A DNA stretch of 25,401 bases, taken from positions 1-25,401 of the IMG/VR virus record IMGVR_UViG_2802429217_000002, one strand, 5' to 3'. Numbering within the stretch: the stretch's first letter is position 1; the number at the start of each line of letters is the position of its first letter. A program made the translations under genes and the position numbers. Below are positions 15,375 to 24,564 of this stretch, one piece after another. The stretch comes from a virus. Its lineage: Duplodnaviria > Heunggongvirae > Uroviricota > Caudoviricetes. The notes beneath the pieces are model-generated. The model searched no databases. It had not been told where the DNA came from and saw nothing but the letters and a program-made list of their open reading frames with translations.

Positions 15375-18011
15375 TTATTCAGTAAATATTACATCATCAA
15401 TATTAAAAGACACTTTAAAATTAGGGTAGAGTTTCAATATTACCTTTTCGAAAATCTCATCATCATCATTTAAATTTCTTGCTCTTGAATAAAGACGGTA
15501 ATTATCTTTTGTTATTTGTTTAATTTCGATATGACAAGCATCATTACTATCAAAGCCTCTAAAGAAGGTAAAACTATCCAAACTTACAGCATAAATATTA
15601 TTCAAGGCATTTTCGTCCTCAAAGAAGTAAGTTAACTTATAATCCTTATAAACTTCATAATTATAGTTCTTAACTGAATTTTTATTCACAAATAATATAT
15701 AATTACTCTTCTCTATATCAGCATCATTAAATTTTAAAAAACGCCCTCCTGCTTTGACACAATTGAATAATTGCTGCTTATATATAGATATGATTCCATC
15801 GCCATATAGCCCAGCACTTGATAAATATGAAACATCATCAACCACGCCTAAAAACTCACGTTTTGATGGATAAAAAATTAGTTCACTTGTTTTATGGCAT
15901 ATAGGAAGCTTGGATAAATCAACATTTAATGTACTAACAAGCCATTTATTTAAATGTAAATTCACATCTATTTTAAAGCGTAATACAATGTTCTTATCCA
16001 TTGTCGATTTTATAACTTTTCTCGTAACTTCTTTGCTCTTATACTCCAACATCATATCAAATTTATCTTTAATTAAATCCACTTCCCTTTTCACTTCATT
16101 ATTATCATACCCCATAGATGTTACCATTATATCTAATTCAGGAGACTCACACGCTTTAATTAGCAGGTGATAGTCGTTAGAACTAAATCCCACCACATCG
16201 ACTAATTTACGCCAGTCGTACAAGTATCTCAGGTTAAACCCTCTACGTTTTACAGCCAAAACCAATAATATAAAGACTAATGCTCTTATTGCATAGTGAT
16301 ATTCTGTAACAGTATAGGCCTCACCTTCCGGGAGATTTCTAATTCGTTGTTCATCTATACTTGCACGAATTCTTTCTTCATAAGAACCAAATAACATTCC
16401 ATATAACTCAATTTCATCTGTATAATTAGAAAAGATAGCAAGATCGCTCCACAATTTGCTAGCATTAATTATCGCATCGATCTCCACGTCACTTTTATTG
16501 TCAGTTTGAATTGCGCTCCAACGCATCTGAAGAACAGTTAAAACAAACCGCTGAATTTTAAATATAACAGAAATAATTTCGCTAGCATTTCTTTTTTCTA
16601 AATTCAAATACTTGACACTAAGATGCTTAGTTCCTGCATTAAAGTAATCCCCCCAAAACATTATCGCACTGTAATCTAACTCATTGCATGCAGATTCAAT
16701 CAACCCTTTAATGACTTCATAATAGTCTGCGTTATCATCGTGATAACTCAAATAACTATTCAAGGTATCTTCATGATTTTTGATAAAAGCATTAAAGTCA
16801 TCTCTATTTAAAGAGAGTTTTGCTATCTGTATTATAAATTCTAACGCGGCAGTTTTCTTTCTAAGATTAACATTCAACTCAGAAAAATTATTCATTAACT
16901 CATCAATAGAATTTTTTTTCACATCCGAATTATTTAAATATTGATATGACAGTCCAAAAGCTATATCAAAAGGATATGCTGAAACATCCCCATTAACTAA
17001 GCATGAAAAAACATTAATAGCATTTCTTATTGACTCTCTGTTATTTTCCAAAAGAGCACTATACAGATAGATGACAACCCCATTAATTAATTCATCATAA
17101 TGATTAATCACTTTAAATTCATTATCTGTTATTAACACACCAACAATCAAAGAAGAAACTTTCTTTGATGATTTTTTATCCAAAATTTTTTTAGCCGTAT
17201 AATTAACTTCTATAGTTTTGCTTCCACTACTATGCAGGTTAATATTTGGCACAATAATTTCATATTCATCCAATAAACCTTTTATCTTCATTCCATTTAA
17301 AAAATTGTTTAGTTTATGGAATTTCTCTAAATCTATGTCAACAGTCAAAACATTATCACCCCCATATATCCCTATGCTATATGGTTGTTGCTTTTGCATT
17401 TTCATTTTGCCATAAGAATAATATCCATTTGGTAAATCTCTAACTAGATTTAAAATCTTATCATGTAATTCAGAGTTAGCATCCTCTAACAAGGTATAAC
17501 CCTTGACAAGACTTGAGCAGTGAGATTGTAAATACTCAACAGCGAAGTTCTTATTACGTGACATGTTAAATAATTTCAAGTATGTTTTAAAATACTTCAA
17601 AAGAAAATACATTGATAGTAATTGTGACACCACATACTGAGCAATACCACCACCAAAAACAAAAAAGAAGAATGAAATTATCAAGGTTGATATTGCATCA
17701 ATACCAAACTGCACAAGGTTGATTTCATCCAGTATCTTTTTCCTAATATAACTTTCCAACGCATGAGGTGAGGATTTATTAACAGCATCAACAGTCACAC
17801 TCATAAAAGTTAATGACAACGCACTGATTGTACCGTGTATACCTAAGGAGACCCCCCAAGCACTAAATATCCAATCAAACCCCAATTTTTTTAAATCACT
17901 AGAATTAGAAAACAACCACCACCACTCATTTTTACAAAAAAAAACAAGAATACATAAAGTAAAAAAAATAAAAAAACCAGAGATATAACAAAACAATCTT
18001 TTACCCATCAT
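15375..18011 (-). CDS. Uncharacterised 878-aa protein with N-terminal transmembrane segments; hotspot cargo, candidate anti-phage defense protein
   Basis: Uninterrupted ORF; AAGGA RBS; N-terminal hydrophobic stretches (FCYISGFFIFFTLCILVFF, WIFSAWGVSLGIHGTISALSLTFM, AISTLIISFFFFVFGGGIAQYVV); very AT-rich versus the GC-rich P4 core genes; lies between int and cos where P4 carries gop/beta/cII. Confidence 0.7.
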   Translation of the reverse strand: MMGKRLFCYISGFFIFFTLCILVFFCKNEWWWLFSNSSDLKKLGFDWIFSAWGVSLGIHGTISALSLTFMSVTVDAVNKSSPHALESYIRKKILDEINLVQFGIDAISTLIISFFFFVFGGGIAQYVVSQLLSMYFLLKYFKTYLKLFNMSRNKNFAVEYLQSHCSSLVKGYTLLEDANSELHDKILNLVRDLPNGYYSYGKMKMQKQQPYSIGIYGGDNVLTVDIDLEKFHKLNNFLNGMKIKGLLDEYEIIVPNINLHSSGSKTIEVNYTAKKILDKKSSKKVSSLIVGVLITDNEFKVINHYDELINGVVIYLYSALLENNRESIRNAINVFSCLVNGDVSAYPFDIAFGLSYQYLNNSDVKKNSIDELMNNFSELNVNLRKKTAALEFIIQIAKLSLNRDDFNAFIKNHEDTLNSYLSYHDDNADYYEVIKGLIESACNELDYSAIMFWGDYFNAGTKHLSVKYLNLEKRNASEIISVIFKIQRFVLTVLQMRWSAIQTDNKSDVEIDAIINASKLWSDLAIFSNYTDEIELYGMLFGSYEERIRASIDEQRIRNLPEGEAYTVTEYHYAIRALVFILLVLAVKRRGFNLRYLYDWRKLVDVVGFSSNDYHLLIKACESPELDIMVTSMGYDNNEVKREVDLIKDKFDMMLEYKSKEVTRKVIKSTMDKNIVLRFKIDVNLHLNKWLVSTLNVDLSKLPICHKTSELIFYPSKREFLGVVDDVSYLSSAGLYGDGIISIYKQQLFNCVKAGGRFLKFNDADIEKSNYILFVNKNSVKNYNYEVYKDYKLTYFFEDENALNNIYAVSLDSFTFFRGFDSNDACHIEIKQITKDNYRLYSRARNLNDDDEIFEKVILKLYPNFKVSFNIDDVIFTE

Positions 18012-18119
18012 TCGTCCTTATGTTTTTTGGGTATTGTAAACCAAAGATAAAACCCTCTATGGTTTTGCATGCCCTGTATATTGATTTGTGTAAATTAGCT
18101 CATTACCAATTAGCGCGCA

Positions 18120-18138
18120 ATGCTCTCCCCGCCACGCC
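18120..18138. other. cos-like site (reverse complement GGCGTGGCGGGGAGAGCAT, 16/19 match to the P2/P4 cohesive end GGCGAGGCGGGGAAAGCAC as I recall it)
   Basis: Read from the sequence; located next to psu as in P4. Confidence 0.5.
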
Positions 18139-18236
18139 TGCCCGCTTAAGAGGTCACTTTTAATGCAGGTGCATGACCCGACTCAGGCCGCGCCGGTACT
18201 GGTGTTGCGTGGGATAAAAAATACGAGGATTTGCAT

Positions 18237-18272
18237 GCAAAACCATGCACCTTATGGATGCATGGCTTTTTT
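18237..18272. terminator. Bidirectional rho-independent terminator downstream of psu
   Basis: Stem ccatgca/tgcatgg, 9-nt loop, flanked by AAAA and TTTTTT. Confidence 0.55.
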
Positions 18273-18312
18273 CAGAAAAAATAGCGGAATTTTCGGGTTT
18301 TTTTTTTGCGTG

Positions 18313-18879
18313 CTACCGTGCGGCCAGTTCTGCACGTCGGCGGGTGTAAATCAGGTTCTGTGCCGGGGTGAATTTCTGGCGATTATCATCCCGCGAGGCC
18401 GCATCAGGCCTGAATCCGATAGCCGTTAAAATGTCGCTGTCCTGCGCGGAATAATTAATTTTTTCACCTGCGGCCAGCCACACCGACAGGGCTTCACGCA
18501 GATAATCAACCGAGTGCTGCATGGCGCTCTGTTTTACTGCGGGAATTTGTTCGTGATATCCCATCAGCTCAGGCGCCAGCGTGGCGGCCAGATCCGCGCC
18601 GTGCTGCTGCATAAAGTCATGGAGCCGGTTGCGGATGCTGATGTGCTGCACTTCCTCATGTGAGCGGATATAGCGACCGGCAGCCTGATTAATCACCCAT
18701 TTTTTCACGTCGATATTGTCGCGCAAATCCTGCATTCTGCGCGGGATTTGTTCGTCACCAGCAAGGAGCTGTTCACGGTATTCAAGCTCAAGGTCAGCCA
18801 GTTCGGCTTTACGTTTCAGCCAAGTGTTTTTGTTCGTCTGACAGGCCTCAAAGGCCTGCTGCAATGTCACAGTGGTCAC
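18313..18879 (-). CDS. psu: Polarity suppression protein Psu
   Basis: 188-aa ORF; MTTVTLQQAFEAC..., YIRSHEEVQHISIRNRLHDFMQQHG, KINYSAQDSDILTAIGFRPD closely parallel P4 Psu as I recall it. Confidence 0.85.
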   Translation of the reverse strand: MTTVTLQQAFEACQTNKNTWLKRKAELADLELEYREQLLAGDEQIPRRMQDLRDNIDVKKWVINQAAGRYIRSHEEVQHISIRNRLHDFMQQHGADLAATLAPELMGYHEQIPAVKQSAMQHSVDYLREALSVWLAAGEKINYSAQDSDILTAIGFRPDAASRDDNRQKFTPAQNLIYTRRRAELAAR

Positions 18880-18894
18880 GTGTCTCTCTCCTGA

Positions 18895-19134
18895 TTAATG
18901 CCGGAACGGCGAGCTGTAGCAGCCCTGTACTTTACGCGGCGGCGGTGGCGTCACCGGTGCGGGGTCGGTTTTTTCCGGTGCGGCACGTATCACACCGTCA
19001 ACCGACTCGATGGTGCGGAAAGTGGCCGAGCATTCGATATTGGTACACTGGTGATAACGTTGTTTGACGTTTTCCGACAGATAACGGCTGGTACGGACGT
19101 GCGCGGTCTTTTTGCAGAACGGACAGTGAAACAT
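18895..19134 (-). CDS. delta: Ogr/Delta-family zinc-finger late transcription activator
   Basis: 79-aa ORF MFHCPFCKKTAHVRTSRYLSENVKQRYHQCTNIECSATF matches the P2 Ogr CxxC...CxxC motif. Confidence 0.85.
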   Translation of the reverse strand: MFHCPFCKKTAHVRTSRYLSENVKQRYHQCTNIECSATFRTIESVDGVIRAAPEKTDPAPVTPPPPRKVQGCYSSPFRH

Positions 19135-19137
19135 AAT

Positions 19138-19881
19138 TCAGCCCTCTGCCTGTTCGTGGTCTTTTGCGGCCAGTTCAGCGGCAAGCTTCATCCGTCTGGC
19201 GGGGCTTCTTAACAGCGCCATATCAACCCCGGTTATGACCGGGCGATTCATGCCCGTTACGGACAGAACCGGTTCCTGCTCCATATCGAAATGATACAGG
19301 GCTGACTGTAGATTCAGGGCATCGCCCAGCTCGCGGGTCACGGTCGCACGCGGCGAGGTTTCTCCGCTCATTTCCAGCGACCGTATACGCAACAGGAAGG
19401 CACGTAACAGTGCAGGGCTGATACCGGCCAGCACTTTCTTCCATTCGCTGTTGGCGTAAGTGGTGAATGCTTTTTCGTGGGCGCTGATATAAGCCGTACC
19501 GGAGGAGCATGCGCCAAGCATGGCGAGGCCTTTGTCTTTCTCCAGCTCGGTAATCAGACCGGTGAACTCATCAGCCAGTTCTCGGCTGGCGATACGTTTA
19601 CTGTGTTCAGCTTTCAGTTCAGGAGTGAGGTTGCCGCGCAGGGTTCGAAAGCGGCTGCGCCAGTCCTGTTCGGCCTGTGCGCTTTCACTGAGGGCAGTCT
19701 GTCGTTCCTGCTCACAACGCTGAATGGAAGCCTCAATGTCGCTGAGTTTACCCATGCTGGCCGTGTGTGCGTCTTTTGCTTCGTTAAGTGCGGCCAGCGC
19801 ACCGGCAATACGTTGTTCCGCGCCTTCATCCTGTTTACTGATAACGGTCTGCATGGCTTTGATAATGAGTTCGGGTTTCAT
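19138..19881 (-). CDS. sid: Capsid size determination protein Sid (P4-like)
   Basis: Position upstream of delta and psu in one operon; coiled-coil-like Ala/Glu-rich sequence; ATG at 19881 with GGAGAG RBS preferred over 19947 because the late-promoter activator site sits at 19954-19971. Confidence 0.7.
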   Translation of the reverse strand: MKPELIIKAMQTVISKQDEGAEQRIAGALAALNEAKDAHTASMGKLSDIEASIQRCEQERQTALSESAQAEQDWRSRFRTLRGNLTPELKAEHSKRIASRELADEFTGLITELEKDKGLAMLGACSSGTAYISAHEKAFTTYANSEWKKVLAGISPALLRAFLLRIRSLEMSGETSPRATVTRELGDALNLQSALYHFDMEQEPVLSVTGMNRPVITGVDMALLRSPARRMKLAAELAAKDHEQAEG

Positions 19882-19904
19882 GTTCAGGCTCTCCGTGTGT
19901 TCAA

Positions 19905-19971
19905 CCTGAAATGATTCTGACGCCTCCTGCACAACAACACGATTCATTGCCGTTGTCAGAGTGCTGGCACA
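19905..19971 (-). promoter_or_regulatory. P4 Psid-type late promoter with Ogr/Delta binding site TGT-N12-ACA
   Basis: TGT(19954-19956)-N12-ACA(19969-19971) dyad; its centre lies about 56 nt upstream of the predicted start, with a -10-like CAGAAT. Confidence 0.6.
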
Positions 19972-20050
19972 AACAGACCTTAAAATCAGGCTGGCCAGAG
20001 AAGGGTCGCAGGAAAACCTTACTCACCGTTTGTTTTTTTGCTTATAACTA

Positions 20051-20170
20051 TTCACCACTGTTCACCCTAAATAAAAAGATAAGCGATACAGTAAGTTAAA
20101 GGGTGAATAGTTGAGGGTCTGACTGTTCACCGTCTGTTCACCACTGTTCACCCTTCACTTTGTGAAGCCA
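20051..20170. repeat. Cluster of TGTTCACC octamers (P4 alpha-protein type I iteron motif), candidate ori
   Basis: TGTTCACC at 20124, 20135, 20145 plus variants at 20051-20067 and GGTGAATAG at 20101. Confidence 0.55.
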
Positions 20171-20244
20171 GTCAACCTATTAGATTTTTTAGCGATTAAA
20201 AAAACAGAAGTATATAAACAAAAGTAATCAGCAATGGGCCACCG

Positions 20245-20283
20245 GTTTGCCAACGTTTGCCAAAAAACGGCCAACGTTTGCCA
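20245..20283. repeat. Three copies of GTTTGCCA (two as GCCAACGTTTGCCA) upstream of alpA; candidate regulator-binding repeats
   Basis: Copies at 20245-20252, 20255-20262, 20276-20283, followed by TATAAA. Confidence 0.35.
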
Positions 20284-20422
20284 CTGTATAAAAATCGCTC
20301 TGTTGTGTGGTGGAGTACTACAAAATGACTTGTTGCCCTGAGGGAAAATATTCACAAAATAGAGAGCTACCCGAAGCCGGACGGACACGACCGGCACTGT
20401 ATGGACTTTGTGAGGTAGCCCG

Positions 20423-20689
20423 ATGCACACCGCTTTTTCTTCCCCGTCTTCTACCCCTGCCGCGCCGCTGATGCCGGTTTCTGATACCGTTCACGAACGC
20501 TTTATCCGTCTGCCCGAAGTGATGCATCTGTGCGGCCTGTCCCGCTCGACCATTTACGACCTCATCAGCCGGGAAGCCTTCCCGAAACAAATCTCCCTCG
20601 GCGGGAAAAATGTGGCGTGGGCGCAGTCTGAAATCACTGCATGGATGGCGGATCGCATTGCCGAACGTAACCGGGGCTATGACGCATGA
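20423..20689 (+). CDS. alpA: AlpA-family phage regulatory protein / excisionase
   Basis: [55 protein letters not shown] matches the AlpA/Vis HTH family; GAGG RBS. Confidence 0.7.
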   Translation: MHTAFSSPSSTPAAPLMPVSDTVHERFIRLPEVMHLCGLSRSTIYDLISREAFPKQISLGGKNVAWAQSEITAWMADRIAERNRGYDA

Positions 20690-21027
20690 TGATGACCGTT
20701 CAGCAAACAGCCCCTTTTTCTGGCTTGCTTCTTTTCGCCGTTTCCAGGTATAGTTTTCCCGCTGTCGCAAAATCGGCAGCCGGGCGTAGGAACCCGTGTT
20801 TAACTATGGCGACACCGGACGCGCCTTGCGTCTTTTTTTGTGTCTGTGCCTTGATGCACCCATTCAATACACAGTGGCCTTTTCGCCATTGTGGGTATCG
20901 CGTAATGGTGGCTCAGGCGGGGCAGCCTTCGGGCTGGCCGGTTCTCATAGTTACCGGTATTCCTACCCCCGTCTGGGCTACCACCCATGAGCGTAGGAAC
21001 TCCGATGGTAGCTGTAACCAGCTAACT

Positions 21028-21237
21028 ATGGAGGTTGCCCTTATGGCTATGACCCTCACCCCGTCACACCCGCAGTTTGTCTTTGTGTTTGCCGCCGTTC
21101 GTCGCGCAGACCGTAAACCCCGTATTTGCATGCTGCGCACCGTTGCCGGTGACGAGCACGCCGCACGCCTTTCCCTCGTTCGCGATTACATCCTCTCGTT
21201 CGCTGGCCGTTTGCCGGTTCTGGAGGTGCGCGCATGA
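21028..21237 (+). CDS. Small hypothetical protein of the P4-like early operon (tentative)
   Basis: Internal ATG of track ORF 20686-21237; upstream part of that ORF looks non-coding (repeats and hairpins). Confidence 0.3.
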   Translation: MEVALMAMTLTPSHPQFVFVFAAVRRADRKPRICMLRTVAGDEHAARLSLVRDYILSFAGRLPVLEVRA

Positions 21238-21461
21238 GACACACCACCATTACCGCCCGTGACCTCGAATGCCTTGAGCATATGCGCAATGTCGGCCAGC
21301 TCGTCAATGAGCTGATGCAGGTGCAGGATTGCGCCACCGTTCGTCGTGACCCGGCGCAGCAGTTACAGCTCACCTCCGTGATTTACCTCATGACCGCCCA
21401 GCTCGACGGCGTGGTCGAACGCTGCAATCAGCAGTGGCTGACCGGGGAGGGTAACGTATGA
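21234..21461 (+). CDS. Hypothetical protein (position of P4 epsilon-like gene)
   Basis: 75-aa ORF overlapping neighbours by 4 nt on both sides, indicating operon coupling. Confidence 0.45.
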   Translation: MRHTTITARDLECLEHMRNVGQLVNELMQVQDCATVRRDPAQQLQLTSVIYLMTAQLDGVVERCNQQWLTGEGNV

Positions 21462-21778
21462 AACAGCCATTACCGCCCGTATTACGCGCCGCGCAGTATC
21501 GTCGCGCCGTGGCCTGTGCATGGCTGACCCTGTGCGAACGCCAGCACCGCTACCCGCACCTCACCCTCGACGCGCTGGAAAGCGCCATTGCCGCCGAGCT
21601 GGAGGGCTTTTACCTGCGCCAGCACGGCGAGGAAAAAGGCCGCCAGATTGCCTGTGCCCTGCTCGAAGATTTAATGGAAGCCGAACCACTCAAGGCCGCG
21701 CCGTCGCTGTCCTTTCTCGGGCTGGCCGTGATGGATGAACTCTGCGCCCGTCATATCACCGCACCGGCACTGCACTGA
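21458..21778 (+). CDS. Hypothetical protein upstream of alpha primase
   Basis: 106-aa ORF, translationally coupled to the upstream gene. Confidence 0.5.
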   Translation: MKQPLPPVLRAAQYRRAVACAWLTLCERQHRYPHLTLDALESAIAAELEGFYLRQHGEEKGRQIACALLEDLMEAEPLKAAPSLSFLGLAVMDELCARHITAPALH

Positions 21779-21789
21779 GGGAGAACACC

Positions 21790-24123
21790 ATGAAAATGAA
21801 CGTAACGGACACCGTAAAACAGGCGTGCGGCCACTGGCCGCGCATTCTCCCGGCGCTGGGGGTAACGGTCATCAAAAACCGCCATCTGACCTGTCCGGTG
21901 TGTGGCGGCTCCGACCGCTTTCGCTTTGACGATAAAGAGGGACGCGGGACGTGGTTCTGCAATCAGTGCGGCGCGGGTGACGGGCTTAAGCTGGTAGAAA
22001 AAGTGTTTGGCGTGACCCCGTCAGAGGCGGCCGGGAAGGTGAACGCCGAGACCGGCAACCTGCCGCCGGTTGCCCCGGAAGTGATTGCGGTCGCAGAGGC
22101 TGAAACGGAGGCCGACCGCAAAGCGGCGGCCACGCTGGCCGTCAGGCTCATGGAGAAAACCCGACCAGCCACCAGCAATGCCTACCTCACCTGCAAGGGT
22201 TTCCCCGCTCTGGAATGTCTGACGCTCACCGCCATGCATAAAACCGGCGGCGTGACGTTCCGCGCCGGGGATGTGGTTGTCCCGCTGTATGACAATACCG
22301 GCGTACTGGTTAACCTTCAGCTTATCAATGCAGACGGTCTCAAACGCACCCTGAAAGGCGGGCAGGTCAAAGGGGCATGTCATATCATCGAAGGGAAAAA
22401 ACAGGCCGGAAAACGCCTGTGGATTGCGGAGGGTTATGCGACCGCGCTCACCGTGCATCACCTGACAGGGGAAACCGTCATGGTGGCGCTGTCCTCCGTG
22501 AACCTCCTTTCTCTGGCAAGCCTTGCCCGTCAGAAATATCCGGCCTGTCAGATTGTCCTGGCCGCCGACCGTGACCTTAACGGCGACGGCCAGAGTAAAG
22601 CCGCTGCGGCCGCAGATGCCTGTGAGGGCATTGTTGCCCTGCCGCCGGTGTTCGGTGACTGGAATGATGCGTTTATGCAGAAAGGTGAAGAAGCCACCCG
22701 GAAAGCCATTTATGACGCCATCCGGCCACCGGCGCAAAGTCCGTTCGACACCATGAGCGAGGCGGAATTTACCGCCATGAGCGCCAGCGACAAGGCTTTG
22801 CGGGTGCATGAGCACTACAGCGAAGCGCTGGCGGTGGATGCTAACGGCCAGCTCCTGTCCCGCTATGAAAACGGCATCTGGAAAAATATCCCTGCCGCCA
22901 CTTTTTCACGGAATGTGGCTGATTTATTCCAGCGCCTGCGCGCCCCGTTCTCGTCAGGGAAAATTGCCTCGGTGGTCGAGACCCTGAAACTGATTATTCC
23001 GCAGCAGGATACACCGGCGCGCCGTCTGATTGGCTTTCGCAATGGGGAACTCGATACCCAAAGTGGCCTGTTCAGCCCGCACAGTAAATCGCACTGGCTG
23101 CGCACGCTGTGCGACGTGGATTTCACCCCGCCGGTGGACGGAGAAACGCTGGAGACTTACGCGACGAACTTCTGGCGCTGGCTCGACCGTGCGGCCGGTA
23201 AAAATCCCCAAAAACGCGATGTGATTCTGGCTGCGCTGTTTATGGTGCTGGCGAACCGCTACGACTGGCAGCTCTTTCTCGAAGTCACCGGTCCCGGCGG
23301 GAGCGGCAAAAGTATTCTGGCCGAAATCGCGACCCTGCTCGCCGGGGAAGATAATGCCACGTCAGCCGATATCGACACACTGGAAGACCCGCGCAAGCGT
23401 GCCTCCCTGATTGGCTTCTCGCTAATCCGTCTGCCAGACCAGGAAAAATGGAGCGGTGACGGCGCAGGACTCAAGGCCATCACCGGCGGCGATGCAGTTT
23501 CAGTTGACCCGAAATACCAGAATCCGTACTCAACGCATATTCCGGCGGTGATTCTGGCCGTGAACAATAACCCGATGCGCTTCACCGACCGCAGCGGCGG
23601 CGTCTCCCGTCGCCGGGTGATTATTCATTTCCCGGAGCAGATTGCCCCGGAGGAACGCGACCCGCAGCTCAGGGATAAAATTGCACGCGAGCTGGCCGTC
23701 ATCGTGCGCCAGCTTATGCAGAAATTCAGCGACCCGATGACCGCGCGCGCACTGCTCCAGTCGCAGCAGAACTCCGACGAGGCACTCAGCATTATGCGCG
23801 ATGCTGACCCGACGTTTGATTTTTGCGGCTATCTGGAGATGCTCCCGCAGACCAACGGGATGTTTATGGGGAATGCCAGCATCATCCCGCGTAATTATCG
23901 TAAATATCTCTATCATGCGTATCTGGCCTATATGGAGGCTAACGGATACAGGAACGTGCTCAGCCTGAAAATGTTCGGGCTGGGGCTGCCCATGATGCTG
24001 AAAGAGTACGGCCTGAATTATGAGAAGCGGCACACCAAGCAGGGGATACAAACCAACCTGTCGCTGAAAGAGGAAAGCTACGGCGACTGGCTGCCGAAGT
24101 GTGACGCCCCCACAGCGACATAA
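21790..24123 (+). CDS. alpha: P4 alpha-type bifunctional DNA primase/helicase
   Basis: 777-aa ORF; N-terminal zinc-binding CPVCGG...CNQCG, central toprim-like region, C-terminal P-loop VTGPGGSGKS; length matches P4 alpha as I recall it. Confidence 0.9.
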   Translation: MKMNVTDTVKQACGHWPRILPALGVTVIKNRHLTCPVCGGSDRFRFDDKEGRGTWFCNQCGAGDGLKLVEKVFGVTPSEAAGKVNAETGNLPPVAPEVIAVAEAETEADRKAAATLAVRLMEKTRPATSNAYLTCKGFPALECLTLTAMHKTGGVTFRAGDVVVPLYDNTGVLVNLQLINADGLKRTLKGGQVKGACHIIEGKKQAGKRLWIAEGYATALTVHHLTGETVMVALSSVNLLSLASLARQKYPACQIVLAADRDLNGDGQSKAAAAADACEGIVALPPVFGDWNDAFMQKGEEATRKAIYDAIRPPAQSPFDTMSEAEFTAMSASDKALRVHEHYSEALAVDANGQLLSRYENGIWKNIPAATFSRNVADLFQRLRAPFSSGKIASVVETLKLIIPQQDTPARRLIGFRNGELDTQSGLFSPHSKSHWLRTLCDVDFTPPVDGETLETYATNFWRWLDRAAGKNPQKRDVILAALFMVLANRYDWQLFLEVTGPGGSGKSILAEIATLLAGEDNATSADIDTLEDPRKRASLIGFSLIRLPDQEKWSGDGAGLKAITGGDAVSVDPKYQNPYSTHIPAVILAVNNNPMRFTDRSGGVSRRRVIIHFPEQIAPEERDPQLRDKIARELAVIVRQLMQKFSDPMTARALLQSQQNSDEALSIMRDADPTFDFCGYLEMLPQTNGMFMGNASIIPRNYRKYLYHAYLAYMEANGYRNVLSLKMFGLGLPMMLKEYGLNYEKRHTKQGIQTNLSLKEESYGDWLPKCDAPTAT

Positions 24124-24131
24124 CCTCACTC

Positions 24132-24156
24132 AGACCGGCAACAGCCGGTCTTTTCC
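24132..24156 (+). terminator. Rho-independent terminator after alpha
   Basis: Stem agaccggc/gccggtct, 4-nt loop, followed by TTTTCC. Confidence 0.6.
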
Positions 24157-24174
24157 TTTCTGGCCATTGCCACA

Positions 24175-24440
24175 GGGTGAACAATCCACTGTTCACCCTT
24201 CACCGTATATTCACCCTGTATCACCATGAAATTATTGATAAAAAACCATAGGTGAACAGTGTGAACAGTAAAACCTAAAAAAACTTTTTATCCCTCCACC
24301 ACATCGCCTGACCGGGCGCATCCAGAGCGAGAAAAAATCACAAAGGTGAAGAGTCGACTGTTCACTCTTCACCAACTCATCACCATTTATCTTTATGATT
24401 TAAAATAGAAAATAAGCATGGTGAACAGTGTGAACAGTTA
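24175..24440. repeat. crr-like iteron region: multiple TGTTCACC/GGTGAACA octamers including an about 45-bp direct repeat
   Basis: GGGTGAACAatccacTGTTCACCC (24175-24204), GGTGAACAGTGTGAACAG at 24251-24268 and 24423-24440, inverted GGTGAAGAG/CTCTTCACC at 24344-24372. Confidence 0.6.
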
Positions 24441-24564
24441 AATGTAAAAAAACTTTTTTTGAGTATGATGTAGCTCTCCATACTTTATGGAAAGATCCAA
24501 GTTAGCTGAAAGCCTCACCAAGACAGCACGTTAATTCGTAACGTGTTAAGCAAAAGGGAATTTT

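Noticed and set aside
15375-18011. P-loop NTPase motif in the 878-aa hotspot protein
   Set aside because: Looked for Walker A G-x4-GK[ST]; the closest string (SSGSKT) does not fit, so no ATPase call is made.
20686-21237. Full-length 183-aa ORF after alpA
   Set aside because: The N-terminal half has a non-protein-like composition and coincides with direct and inverted repeats; only a short 3' ORF is tentatively kept.
22021-22815. 264-aa minus-strand ORF
   Set aside because: Entirely antisense within the well-supported alpha primase gene.
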